From positions 576,001 through 640,000 of the forward strand of contig OY969724.1 in NCBI GenBank assembly GCA_963702205.1: DNA of 64,000 nt, read 5' to 3'. The notes beneath the pieces are model-generated. The model saw only the letters and a list, made by a program, of their open reading frames with translations, was not told the DNA's origin and did not search any database. Of this stretch, positions 1-9,265 are shown one piece after another. How positions within the stretch are numbered: position 1 is the stretch's first letter; each line of letters starts with the position of its first letter. This DNA comes from an uncultured candidate division Zixibacteria bacterium (GTDB taxonomy: Bacteria > Zixibacteria > MSB-5A5 > GN15 > PGXB01). The position numbers and the translations under genes were made by a program.

Positions 1-161
1 ATGGTTAATTATACGCTATGTCAAGAAGTTTGTGCCAAATATTTTTCAATATGTGGATAAAATGTTGGCGATGCTTGAGTTTTGTGTTTGTAACTTGTTA
101 ATTACAGGTCTGTTATGGTGAATTTGACAATGTGTAAAAGCTTGTGCGATGGTGGAAAAGA

Positions 162-2114
162 CTATTTTTTAATCGGGATGGTGAGGCCGGGGGGAAGGGT
201 GGTTGCGGAATCGCCAAAAGCTTGGTCTAGTTGATCTTGAGTCAATCCACGAGAATATTCCATATTTGCCCCACCTAAATCGGCATTTTTCAAATCAGCT
301 AAAAAAAGATCAGCTCCGGTAAAATTCGCACTAAACATGTTAGCGTCCGTCAATGATGCAAAAATAAGATTCGCGCCTTCAAAGTCGACCATATGAAAAT
401 TTGCTCTGGATAAATTTGCCCCTATAAGGACAGCACCAGCCAGATTCGCCCACCGAAAGTCTGCATTAACCAAGAATGCTCTAAGAAGATCAGCATTTCT
501 TAAGTCGGCTCTTGCAAGATAGGCTCCCTTTACGGCAATGTCTCGTTCGGTTGAGTCGATTAGCCAATAATTGTCCGGTTTAATAGATACATCTTGTTCG
601 CGGAAGTTGGCGGAAATGTCATAGCCGATTTTGTTTTGTATATAGACAGCCCAGTTGTGATCCTCTATGCCACCATCGGAAGAAATAATAAGGAAAAATG
701 CGATAAGAGCAAAAGCGATCCATTTGAAGTATCCGAGTGCCTGAATCTTGTCAAACATGGCTCCAGCTAGAGTCTTTGCGTGAACGCGGTAGAATATTAT
801 TCCTGCGAAAATGGTTATTAACAATACAATGATTTGGATGATGGTGCCTGTCCAATCGTGGCGGGTTAGATAGCGCACCCAGAACCAGCCGAGTGTAATT
901 GGCACTACCCACCAAGCAAGAAATATGGAGACCCACTCTTCGAGGCGGGCCGTGAAGGCGCGGGTACCTTTAATTCTTTGCCAAAGCCATTGCCAGCTCT
1001 TTCTTGCGTGCCATTTTAAACCGTCTTCATTTTCTTGTCTTTCGATTTTCTTATATTTCCCTTTAAGCCGGATGAAATGCCTTCGCACCATACCATTTAA
1101 CATCCAAGGGTAAGCACGTTCATCAAGAGGTTTGCCATCTTCGAATATGGCCGGAAGTCCGGCGAGCGCTTGCCAAAGACGCCGCAAATATAAATGCAAA
1201 TAAATATAAAGAACGGCTAGCAAGAATGGTGCAGCCAAGTAAAATGCACCGATAGGCACGCCCGTTTGAATTATCGGCAGATTCGATGACGATGAATTGG
1301 TTAAAAGAGCCACATCGGTTGTGGAGCCGATGGTCAACCAGCAATATACGCAGCCTAATAACACTGCGAGAAAAATCTTACGGGCATCGCGGGATGCTTC
1401 TTCAACAACATTAAGGGCTTTAAATTCTGAAACTGTATCGTTGAGTCTCGTATTTGTTATATCGGCCTGAGCCAGCTTGGTGCTGTCTAATCTCCTGACG
1501 TCTTTAAGATTACATCCTTTAAAATTGCAGCAAATCATTTTGGCATAGCCAAAATCTGCTCGATAAAGATCAGCACCTTCGAAATCGCAATTTATTAATG
1601 TTGCATCAAAAAATTCGGCATATTTAAGGTCGGCCTTAAATAGGTTGGTGCCCCTAAGCTTTGCAAAATGAATGTGGGTATATTGAAGATTGGCTTCATC
1701 AAATAAAACACCTTGAAGATTGGTTTCCGATAAATCAGCATCTTGAAGGTTTGCTGCAACCAATATGGAATTTTTAAGATTGGCGGCAGTTAAATCCGCG
1801 TCATGCAAATTCGCATGGAGCATACTTGCGCCCTCAAGATTAGCTTCAAAGAGCTTGGCATCTTGAAGGTTGGTATTGAATAAAAGGGCATTCTGGAGAT
1901 TTGCCTTGGATAAATTGATTTTTGATAAATCCACGGGTTTGCCGCCAATGTGCCCCAAATCTATCCGTTTTTTTTGTTCCGCAAGGACCTTTGCCAGCTC
2001 ATCGTCAGATATGTGGCGGTATCGGGATTTTTCCGGTTCGGATTCAGCCGGATTTTGGTTCGTCAAGTTCTGGCTGTCCGACTTTTCGGGCGTGTGCGAC
2101 ATTAGTCCCCTCAA
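162..2114 (-). CDS. Pentapeptide-repeat membrane protein (N- and C-terminal repeat blocks flanking several TM helices)
   Basis: 650-aa ORF with A(N/D)Lxx repeats at both ends and a hydrophobic central region. Confidence 0.85.
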   Translation of the reverse strand: MRGLMSHTPEKSDSQNLTNQNPAESEPEKSRYRHISDDELAKVLAEQKKRIDLGHIGGKPVDLSKINLSKANLQNALLFNTNLQDAKLFEANLEGASMLHANLHDADLTAANLKNSILVAANLQDADLSETNLQGVLFDEANLQYTHIHFAKLRGTNLFKADLKYAEFFDATLINCDFEGADLYRADFGYAKMICCNFKGCNLKDVRRLDSTKLAQADITNTRLNDTVSEFKALNVVEEASRDARKIFLAVLLGCVYCWLTIGSTTDVALLTNSSSSNLPIIQTGVPIGAFYLAAPFLLAVLYIYLHLYLRRLWQALAGLPAIFEDGKPLDERAYPWMLNGMVRRHFIRLKGKYKKIERQENEDGLKWHARKSWQWLWQRIKGTRAFTARLEEWVSIFLAWWVVPITLGWFWVRYLTRHDWTGTIIQIIVLLITIFAGIIFYRVHAKTLAGAMFDKIQALGYFKWIAFALIAFFLIISSDGGIEDHNWAVYIQNKIGYDISANFREQDVSIKPDNYWLIDSTERDIAVKGAYLARADLRNADLLRAFLVNADFRWANLAGAVLIGANLSRANFHMVDFEGANLIFASLTDANMFSANFTGADLFLADLKNADLGGANMEYSRGLTQDQLDQAFGDSATTLPPGLTIPIKK

Positions 2115-2221
2115 GATTTGGTTGAGTCCAAATAATGATCTAAATTAAATAAAAGCCATCAGGAGCAAATAATCAATCGAAATTTTGCGAATTGGTCAAA
2201 GCGGACCAATAACAGATCTGG

Positions 2222-2848
2222 TCAGTCGATGGTGCGGCGGAAGATGAGGCGGAAGTTGTAGCTGCCAGTGTTGCCGAACGAGCCGGTCTCCGGATGCGGG
2301 TCATAATAATAGTCCAGCAGAAAAGACCCGCCGACAAACCATTTCTCCCCCAAAGATTTCAGGATATCGGCGCCGACCAGCAGAAGTGGCGCCCAGTCGG
2401 TTTGTCTTTCGTGCAGCATTGAAATGAAACTGCCGTCAGTATCGTACAGCAGGATGTTGCTGGCGGTTATGGTCCTCACGGAGTAACCCGCGCCGCCGCA
2501 GATATCCGTTAGCCAGGAATTGTTCTTTACGACGGCCATGCGGATCGACGCCGAAGTATAGACGCATTTGTAGGCCATTTTCATGTTCACGGAGCTCATA
2601 TTTCTGAAGCCGCCGTCGAGTTCCCAATACCATCTGCCTTTCATATGCTTCACGTGCCCCAGCTCGATATTGAAATGGCCGGTGTATATGTCCCGGAAGT
2701 TTGCCCGGGCGCCTACGACATAGCCGAGTTTGAACGCTATTTGGTCGCGCTCGGTCGAATTGGACTGCCCAGCCAGGACGCCTCCGCCGGCGAAAATCAA
2801 CAGTGCTGCCAGCGTGGCGATCATTCTTGGTCGTAAGAAATGCATCAT
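2222..2848 (-). CDS. Hypothetical exported protein, probable small outer-membrane beta-barrel
   Basis: Signal peptide (MIATLAALLIFAGGGVLA) and alternating aromatic/Gly strands; start moved to ATG 2848 to avoid overlap with the upstream gene. Confidence 0.55.
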   Translation of the reverse strand: MMHFLRPRMIATLAALLIFAGGGVLAGQSNSTERDQIAFKLGYVVGARANFRDIYTGHFNIELGHVKHMKGRWYWELDGGFRNMSSVNMKMAYKCVYTSASIRMAVVKNNSWLTDICGGAGYSVRTITASNILLYDTDGSFISMLHERQTDWAPLLLVGADILKSLGEKWFVGGSFLLDYYYDPHPETGSFGNTGSYNFRLIFRRTID

Positions 2849-2852
2849 AATC

Positions 2853-3257
2853 TTAGCCCAAATCAATATAAACGGGTGAGCGGACCAGATATTTATTACC
2901 ATTATTATTCGTTATTTCGATTTCTACAATATAGATACCTGTGTTGATAAGATCCCCGTTTTCGGTTTTCAAATTCCATTCAATTGTCACTCCTCCCACA
3001 CCTCGCCCGTCCAGCTTTTTCAATACGTATCCCGTCAAATTTTCAACTTTAATGGTGTAATCAATCTCTTCCGTTGCCGGTATATTGGCAGTCACAGAAA
3101 GTATCGGCGGGTCCAGGCTGCTTAGGTAACCTTTGACAGTAAGTGGAGTCGGTATTATTATAACGCCTTTGTCGGGTGATTGAACCGGGCTGACGGCATT
3201 GTTGGAACAGCCCGCGATGAGTGCCAGCACAAATAAAAGCGAGAGTATTTTCGACAT
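2853..3257 (-). CDS. Lipoprotein with FlgD-Ig/T9SS-CTD-like domain
   Basis: Lipobox LIAG-C; WNLKTENGDLINTGIYIVEI resembles the FlgD-Ig motif. Confidence 0.65.
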   Translation of the reverse strand: MSKILSLLFVLALIAGCSNNAVSPVQSPDKGVIIIPTPLTVKGYLSSLDPPILSVTANIPATEEIDYTIKVENLTGYVLKKLDGRGVGGVTIEWNLKTENGDLINTGIYIVEIEITNNNGNKYLVRSPVYIDLG

Positions 3258-3583
3258 CTTCGTCCCCTTACGACATTAACCAGATGCCGTAATATAGTGC
3301 TTTTTCGCGGAATTACAAGCGGATTGGCCAAATATTAAACCTGCCCGGTGGGGGCTCCCGAAACGGGATGGCCGGGCAGGCTCTTGGTTCCTTTGCAGGA
3401 ACCGTCAGAATACTCCAAGGTGTCGAATCATGGGGGATTTTCGGGCAATCTGTGCCCATTTATAGCATGCTGTCCTTGAGTAGCCCCGTTCTACATCCTG
3501 GCGGTCATTTATTAAAACAAAGAATTATGTCATATTGTTCACGAATTGGATGACGGTCTCTTTAGCTTCAATGACTTACAATG

Positions 3584-3632
3584 CGGTCAGGTCACACGCC
3601 CCGATAAATCGGGACGCAGGACCTGACCGAAC
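3584..3632 (-). repeat. REP-like nested hairpin (GTTC foot)
   Basis: cggtcaggtc...gacctgaccg outer stem, inner cccgat-aa-atcggg, ending gaac on +. Confidence 0.65.
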
Positions 3633-3636
3633 AGGC

Positions 3637-3683
3637 TTTTTCAACAAGCCCCAAGTTTGAGGTGGCCACCCATCCGGAGTTTC
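3637..3683. repeat. Solo right end of the MITE plus flank, similar to 4692-4738
   Basis: tttttcaacaagccccaagtttgaggtggcc versus tttttcaacaagccccaagtttggggtggcc. Confidence 0.7.
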
Positions 3684-3701
3684 TGGTTTGGTATTAAGAG
3701 A

Positions 3702-3750
3702 CCGCAGGATCACAAATCCCGATGAAGCAGGATTCAAGATCCCGCGGAAC
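3702..3750 (-). repeat. REP-like nested hairpin (GTTC foot)
   Basis: ccgcaggatc...gatcccgcggaac; homologous to 19212-19257. Confidence 0.65.
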
Positions 3751-3970
3751 TTGAAATGAAATTCGGATTCAGGTCCATGCGGATATTGAAAGAGTACGGC
3801 GGGATCAATACCTGACGGAATATAGCGGGCAGCGCTCCCGGATAAAACGTGATTGGCACCGGGGAAACAAAATGTGATGTTGACGGGCCAACGGATATTG
3901 CGGCGGTGCGTATGATCTGTGATTTCGTTGAACAACCAATATCCTATCGGATTTAATGAGGAGAAACCAG

Positions 3971-4453
3971 ATGTCTGATGTCAAACCTATTCCCGACGGT
4001 TATGAAGGAGTGATTCCGTACATGGTGGTCGAGAACGCCTCGGACGCGATCGACTTTTATAAGAAAGCTTTCGGGGCCAAAGAAACGGCGCGCGTCCCGG
4101 CGCCGGACGGTGATAAGTTGATGCACGCGGAGATTAAGATCGGTAATTCCTTCATATTTCTGTGTGATGATTTCCCGGAGTGGAGCGGTAAATCGCGCAC
4201 GCCACAGGCGTTCGGCGGCAGCCCGATCGATATCCATCTTTACGTTGCGGATATCGATAAAATCGTAAATCAGGCGCGCGAAGCCGGAGCTAAAGTTACG
4301 ATGGAACCGAAGGACATGTTCTGGGGTGATCGTCACGGTCGCGTGGTTGATCCGTATGGGCACGGCTGGTCGTTCTCGACGCACGTGCGCGATGTTCCGG
4401 CCGAAGAGATGAAAAAGGCGGCCGAGGAGATGTTCGCCAAAAAGCCGGCGTAA
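3971..4453 (+). CDS. VOC/glyoxalase family protein (PhnB-like)
   Basis: AIDFYKKAFGA, MHAEIKIG and FWGDRHGRVVDPYGHGW motifs; RBS gagga upstream. Confidence 0.9.
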   Translation: MSDVKPIPDGYEGVIPYMVVENASDAIDFYKKAFGAKETARVPAPDGDKLMHAEIKIGNSFIFLCDDFPEWSGKSRTPQAFGGSPIDIHLYVADIDKIVNQAREAGAKVTMEPKDMFWGDRHGRVVDPYGHGWSFSTHVRDVPAEEMKKAAEEMFAKKPA

Positions 4454-4476
4454 GTTTCATAAGTTGAATTGAAGGA

Positions 4477-4524
4477 CCGTCGGGTGTCAATCCCGACTTC
4501 GTCAGAATCATCGCCTGACGGAAC
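4477..4524 (-). repeat. REP-like nested hairpin (GTTC foot)
   Basis: ccgtcgggtg...cgcctgacggaac with inner gac-ttc-gtc hairpin. Confidence 0.65.
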
Positions 4525-4554
4525 ATTTGAAATCGTCTCCTCACCCCAAACTTG

Positions 4555-4706
4555 GGGCCTGTTGAAAAACGAGTAGGTCGGCTTCCGAATCCTGACGAAG
4601 TCAGGAGAGAAAGCCGACATCTTGTTGTCGGGTTTCTCGTTACGCTTCGCTCTACTCGGAACCCGACCTACTTCTTGCACCATCCGTGCACTTTTTCAAC
4701 AAGCCC
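4555..4706. mobile_element. 152-bp MITE copy 1 (IS1182-like ends, internal inverted GTAG-REP doublet)
   Basis: Ends gggcctgttgaaaaa / tttttcaacaagccc; about 6 mismatches to the copy at 19373-19524. Confidence 0.8.
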
Positions 4707-4864
4707 CAAGTTTGGGGTGGCCTCCCTCCCGGAGCTTTTAAGTTACACTTCTTTCCATATCAAGACATGTTACAAAAAGTAAAATCTGCCCCGCTTTGTT
4801 CGGAAACTCTCTCCTGATCCTGATGTTATCTAAGTAAGACATCATATTCAACAGGTGGGAATAT

Positions 4865-5308
4865 ATGAAAAATTTCTTATCCAGAATTGGCAAGACGACC
4901 GACGATAAATATGCATCGTTCGGTCTGTTGATATTGAGAGTGGGATTCGGGACGGCAATGGCTTTCAATCACGGTCTGTCCAAACTATCCAACTATTCGG
5001 CATACGCGGCGCAATTTGCCGATCCCTATGGTCTCGGGCCGGGCTTGTCTTTGTCGCTTTCGATTTTCGCCGAATTTTTCTGTTCGATACTTCTTATTTT
5101 CGGGGCTTTCACCCGGCTGGCGTTGATTCCTCTTCTTATTAATATGCTGACGGCGCTGTTGATAGTCCACGCCGACGATCCGTTCGGTAAAAAAGAACTG
5201 GCCCTGATGTATTTGATTCCGTACCTGACGTTGTTTTTCGCCGGGGCCGGGAAATATTCGGTCGACGGAACCATCAACAAGTCCAATAGAAAGCAAATAG
5301 TGCTCTAG
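4865..5308 (+). CDS. DoxX family membrane protein
   Basis: LLILRVGFG...HGLSKL, TRLALIPL and GAGKYSVD motifs. Confidence 0.9.
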   Translation: MKNFLSRIGKTTDDKYASFGLLILRVGFGTAMAFNHGLSKLSNYSAYAAQFADPYGLGPGLSLSLSIFAEFFCSILLIFGAFTRLALIPLLINMLTALLIVHADDPFGKKELALMYLIPYLTLFFAGAGKYSVDGTINKSNRKQIVL

Positions 5309-5428
5309 TCTTCCCCGCTCCGAGTGACGTTTTACAAAATTCAATTTATGAAATTCGAGACGTGATGAAACGCCCATCCGAGTTGTTTTCGGGCCGAATT
5401 GTCGCCCGGCTTAGAATGAGCATAGAGC

Positions 5429-5472
5429 TTGACATCGGGGCCAACATAGTGTATCATTATGACCGTCAGTCA
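5429..5472 (+). promoter_or_regulatory. sigma70 promoter of tetR with putative TetR operator
   Basis: TTGACA-17-TATCAT followed by TGACCGTCAGTCA (5460-5472). Confidence 0.7.
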
Positions 5473-5508
5473 GTTTATTGACGGGATATAGCAAAGAGGT
5501 TGGGCAAA

Positions 5509-6147
5509 ATGGGTATAGCCGAACGAAAAGAGCGGGAGAAATTAAAAAGGCGCAATGAAATTCTCGACGCCGCCGAACGAGTGATTTTCAGCAAAGGTCT
5601 GGACGGGGCCTCGATGGACGCAGTGGCTGCCGAAGCCGAACTCAGCAAGGGGACTATCTATCTCTATTTTTCCAGCAAAGAGGAGTTGTATCTGGCTATA
5701 AATATCCGGGCTTCGGAAATCCTCTATAAGTTGTTTAAGAAAGCGGTCGATTCCAGGAAATCAGGATTTGATAAGGTTTTTGCTATTGGGGAGGCGTATT
5801 TCCATTTCGGAGAGAAATACCCCAATTATTTTAACAGTTTATTCCATTTCCAGGCTAAGAATATCAATCTTGACCCTAATTCCCCCACAATTTTAGAAAA
5901 TTATGATTGGAAATCGCGAACCAATACAATCGTATCCGAGGCCGTTGAGGCCGGCATAAAAGACGGCTCGATTCGCTCGGGAATTGATCCGGTCGGCACG
6001 GCTATTTTGCTGTGGGCATTAAGCAGCGGGGCAATTCAGATGATCGCGATTAAGGGGGAGATTTTCGAGAAGGCCTATGACCTTTCAGCCAAAGCTCTCA
6101 AAAGTCAATTTTTCGACCTGATAGCGGCGGCACTCAAACCGGTTTGA
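5509..6147 (+). CDS. TetR/AcrR family transcriptional regulator
   Basis: N-terminal HTH ILDAAERV...SKGTIYLYFSSKEEL; RBS gaggt. Confidence 0.92.
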   Translation: MGIAERKEREKLKRRNEILDAAERVIFSKGLDGASMDAVAAEAELSKGTIYLYFSSKEELYLAINIRASEILYKLFKKAVDSRKSGFDKVFAIGEAYFHFGEKYPNYFNSLFHFQAKNINLDPNSPTILENYDWKSRTNTIVSEAVEAGIKDGSIRSGIDPVGTAILLWALSSGAIQMIAIKGEIFEKAYDLSAKALKSQFFDLIAAALKPV

Positions 6148-6185
6148 TATTTTTCATTAAATTCTATAAAATCAGATGAAACTTC

Positions 6186-6214
6186 TTGACAAGATGACCG
6201 TTAGTCATTAATTA
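6186..6214 (+). promoter_or_regulatory. Promoter of the TonB-dependent receptor with a second TetR operator
   Basis: TTGACA at 6186 with TGACCGTTAGTCA (6195-6207) in the spacer. Confidence 0.65.
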
Positions 6215-6257
6215 TACGGCGTCATAGTATAATTGACCTGTAAAATAGGATATTTCT

Positions 6258-8594
6258 ATGGAGTATATCATGGTATTATCGAAAATACTATCGCGCTCAT
6301 ATGCCGGAGCAATAATTACCTTCATATTATTGATCTGTTTTGTCCCCGGTTTGGTCCGGGCGCAGTCGGGCGGACCGTCGGGGAAAATCAAAGGAACCAT
6401 CATGGATGCCGACACGCACGAGCCGATCCCCGGTGCATCGGTTATTCTGGTTGGGACGTCGCAGGGAGCGGCGTCGGATGAAAACGGCGGCTATTTGATT
6501 GACCGGGTTCCGGCCGGGGTATACAATGTTTCCTGCCGGTCGATCGGATTCGACCCCAAAACGCGCACCGACGTGGTTGTCCGCCCGGGCCGAATTACTT
6601 TTGTCGATATTGCGCTTGTCACCGAAGCGGTCGACGTCGGTTCGATCAAAGTGACGGCGGACCTTTTTGACGAAGACGTGCTCGCGCCGGTTTCGAGCCA
6701 GGAGTTCAATTCCGAAGAAATTCGCCGCAATCCGGGTGCAGCGGGAGATATCAGCCGGGTTCTGCAAGCTCTTCCGAGCGCCGCGCAGATCGGCGACGAC
6801 ATCAATGACATTGTCGTGCGCGGCGGCAGTCCGGTCGAAAACGGATTTTATGTCGACAATATATTTGTCCCGAATATCAATCATTTTCCGGTTATAGGCG
6901 CGTCGGGCGGTCCCATCGGTATGTTGAACGTCGATTTTATCGATGACGTTCGTTTTTCGGCGGGCGGTTTTTCCAGCCTTTACGGCGACCGGTTGTCGTC
7001 GATTACGGAAATCTATTATCGTGAGGGAAATACCGATGAGTTCGATGCCCAGCTCGATTTGAACGTAGCCGGTTTCGGTGGTATCATTGAAGGTCCCCTG
7101 CCCCGGAAAAACGGTTCTTACTTTTTGTCGGTTCGGCGAAGCTACCTTGACCTTATTGTCGATGCCATCGGGACCGGCTTTATTCCCCGTTACGGCGACA
7201 TACAGGGCAAAGCCACCTGGGATATCGCCCCGGGTCATAAACTGGACCTGCTCGAATTGTACGGTAACAGTACGGTCGACTTGGACAAAGAAACGTCGAC
7301 AGACGAAGGCATGCCTGAGTACGGCCGGTACGATTCGTTCCAGAACATCGTCGGGCTAAACTGGCACTATCTCTGGAATGCGCCGGGGTACACAACGACT
7401 TCGCTGTCGTATTCCATTTACGACGGAACGGTCGGGTTTTATGACATCACCGACGACAGCCTCGATGTGAGTCACGATTATACGGAGAACGTCATTCGTT
7501 TGCGGACGGTCAGCAATTATTTCCCGTCGCACCGTCACGCTTTCCAGTTCGGCGCCGAATCCGAGTACGGAATCAACCTGTACAATTATGAGTACGGTAA
7601 TTTTCTCGATCGCTATGGCGACCTCCTGCATGGTATAAAAGTAAAGGACGAGCTCGATACCTGGAAGGGGGCATTGTTTTTAAATTACACTTTGCGGCCC
7701 CACCGTCGGATAGAATTGGGAATGGGGGTACGTACGGACTATTTTTCGGCCAATAAAGATTACACGATAGTCCCGCGCACGTCGGCCAAGTACATCTTTT
7801 CGGATAAATTCAATGTGTCGGGGGCGTTCGGGATTTATTATCAAACGCTGCCCACTTTTCTTTTATCTCAGGCCGAAAGCAACCGCGACCTGGTAAGTCC
7901 CCGGACGTACCATTACGTCCTCGCTTTTAATTTCCTGCTGAGGCAGGACACGAGGCTGACGGTCGAATTTTACAATAAAGAATATCGACAGATGCCAATG
8001 GATCCCGACGACCCGGTCAAGTTCGTTTTCGACGACGGTTCCAGCAATAGTCGTTTCGGCCGGTATGACCAACTGGTCGCGACAGGGCAGGCGTTTTCGC
8101 GTGGTGTGGAGCTGCTGGTCCAGAAGAAAATGGCCAGAAACCTATATGGCCTTGTCAGTGCCGCCTTTTTCAAGTCGCGTTATCGCGGTCTGGACGGCGT
8201 CTGGTATGACCGCAACTTTGACAATCAGTACCTGTTTAATATCTTCGGCGGTTACCGACCCAATAAAAAATGGGAGTTGAGCTTTCGGTGGACGTACGCC
8301 GGAGGCATACCATACACTCCATACGATATAGAACAATCCACGGCCGTCAATTCCGGGATCATCGACGTCAACCGCATCAACGACGTCCGTTATCCGGATT
8401 ATCATTCGCTGAAGCTGCGTTTTGATCGGAGATTTTTATACAAGGCGTCGAGTATCGTCATGTATCTCGAACTGTGGAACGTGTACAACCGGGAGAATAC
8501 GGCCTTTTACTATTGGAATAAGGTCGACAACAAGGAGGATTTCGCGCCGATGTGGAGCTTTCTGCCGGTGTTTGGCCTGGAGTATGAATTTTAG
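6258..8594 (+). CDS. TonB-dependent receptor (carboxypeptidase-regulatory-like N-domain, plug, barrel)
   Basis: Signal peptide, plug motif VRGGSPVEN...DN, C-terminal LEYEF. Confidence 0.9.
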   Translation: MEYIMVLSKILSRSYAGAIITFILLICFVPGLVRAQSGGPSGKIKGTIMDADTHEPIPGASVILVGTSQGAASDENGGYLIDRVPAGVYNVSCRSIGFDPKTRTDVVVRPGRITFVDIALVTEAVDVGSIKVTADLFDEDVLAPVSSQEFNSEEIRRNPGAAGDISRVLQALPSAAQIGDDINDIVVRGGSPVENGFYVDNIFVPNINHFPVIGASGGPIGMLNVDFIDDVRFSAGGFSSLYGDRLSSITEIYYREGNTDEFDAQLDLNVAGFGGIIEGPLPRKNGSYFLSVRRSYLDLIVDAIGTGFIPRYGDIQGKATWDIAPGHKLDLLELYGNSTVDLDKETSTDEGMPEYGRYDSFQNIVGLNWHYLWNAPGYTTTSLSYSIYDGTVGFYDITDDSLDVSHDYTENVIRLRTVSNYFPSHRHAFQFGAESEYGINLYNYEYGNFLDRYGDLLHGIKVKDELDTWKGALFLNYTLRPHRRIELGMGVRTDYFSANKDYTIVPRTSAKYIFSDKFNVSGAFGIYYQTLPTFLLSQAESNRDLVSPRTYHYVLAFNFLLRQDTRLTVEFYNKEYRQMPMDPDDPVKFVFDDGSSNSRFGRYDQLVATGQAFSRGVELLVQKKMARNLYGLVSAAFFKSRYRGLDGVWYDRNFDNQYLFNIFGGYRPNKKWELSFRWTYAGGIPYTPYDIEQSTAVNSGIIDVNRINDVRYPDYHSLKLRFDRRFLYKASSIVMYLELWNVYNRENTAFYYWNKVDNKEDFAPMWSFLPVFGLEYEF

Positions 8595-8605
8595 ATCGAT
8601 TCCGG

Positions 8606-9256
8606 TTATTCTTTGAGCCGGGTGATGTCTTTTTCGTTGCCGATGACAACCATCACGTCGGACTGCTCCAGTTGATAGGTTCCGCCGGGTGCGAAAATAA
8701 TTTTATCCGAGCCCTTGCGGACAGCGACAATCAGGACGCGGTGTTTAGTGCGGATGTGGCTGTCGGCGAGGCTCTTTCCTATCAGTTCATCGGTCGGCCT
8801 TATTTCGGCCACGACGAATTCAGTCGACAACGGCAGGAAGTCGATCAGGTTGGGTTGAACCAGCGCCCGGGCCAGTTTGATGGCCATCTGTTTTTCGGGG
8901 ATCGGGGTTTGAGTCGCCCCGACTTTCATCAGGATGCGGGCGTGATCGGCCGAATTGGCTTTGACGATGATGTTCTTGACGCCCATCTCCTTGAGGTAGA
9001 GTGTAATCAGGATTGAAGCGTGATGGTCCGCGCCGGTGGATACGACGACCGTCTCTGACAACTGCGGTTCGAGGCGGGCCAGGAATTCCTGATTGGTGGC
9101 GTCGCCAATGACGGCCACCAGAGATTCCTGATCACCGAATTTTTGCACTTTCTCGCGGTCGCTGTCGACGGCGGTAACTTTGACATCCAGCTTGGCCAGC
9201 TCCTGCGCCACGGTTGAACCGAAGTTGCCCAGGCCGATTACGGTAAAATGTTTCAT
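8606..9256 (-). CDS. ktrA: Ktr/Trk K+ uptake regulatory subunit (RCK domains)
   Basis: GLGNFG Rossmann motif, GDAT, TrkA-C domain. Confidence 0.88.
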   Translation of the reverse strand: MKHFTVIGLGNFGSTVAQELAKLDVKVTAVDSDREKVQKFGDQESLVAVIGDATNQEFLARLEPQLSETVVVSTGADHHASILITLYLKEMGVKNIIVKANSADHARILMKVGATQTPIPEKQMAIKLARALVQPNLIDFLPLSTEFVVAEIRPTDELIGKSLADSHIRTKHRVLIVAVRKGSDKIIFAPGGTYQLEQSDVMVVIGNEKDITRLKE

Positions 9257-9265
9257 GTCTATCTC

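Noticed and set aside
3335..3510. Firm call as 6S RNA or cobalamin riboswitch
   Set aside because: Only short motif resemblance; it lacks a clear central bubble or B12 core and the usual gene context. Kept as an unassigned candidate.
3580..4740. CRISPR array or integron attC array
   Set aside because: Repeats are neither identical nor regularly spaced, there are no cas or intI genes, and no consistent RYYYAAC/GTTRRRY ends around cassettes.
4552..4782. Short ORFs with matching peptides at 4552-4782 and 19274-19669 (VGRLPNPDEVRRES...)
   Set aside because: They are translations of the repeated MITE, with no RBS or protein-like features.
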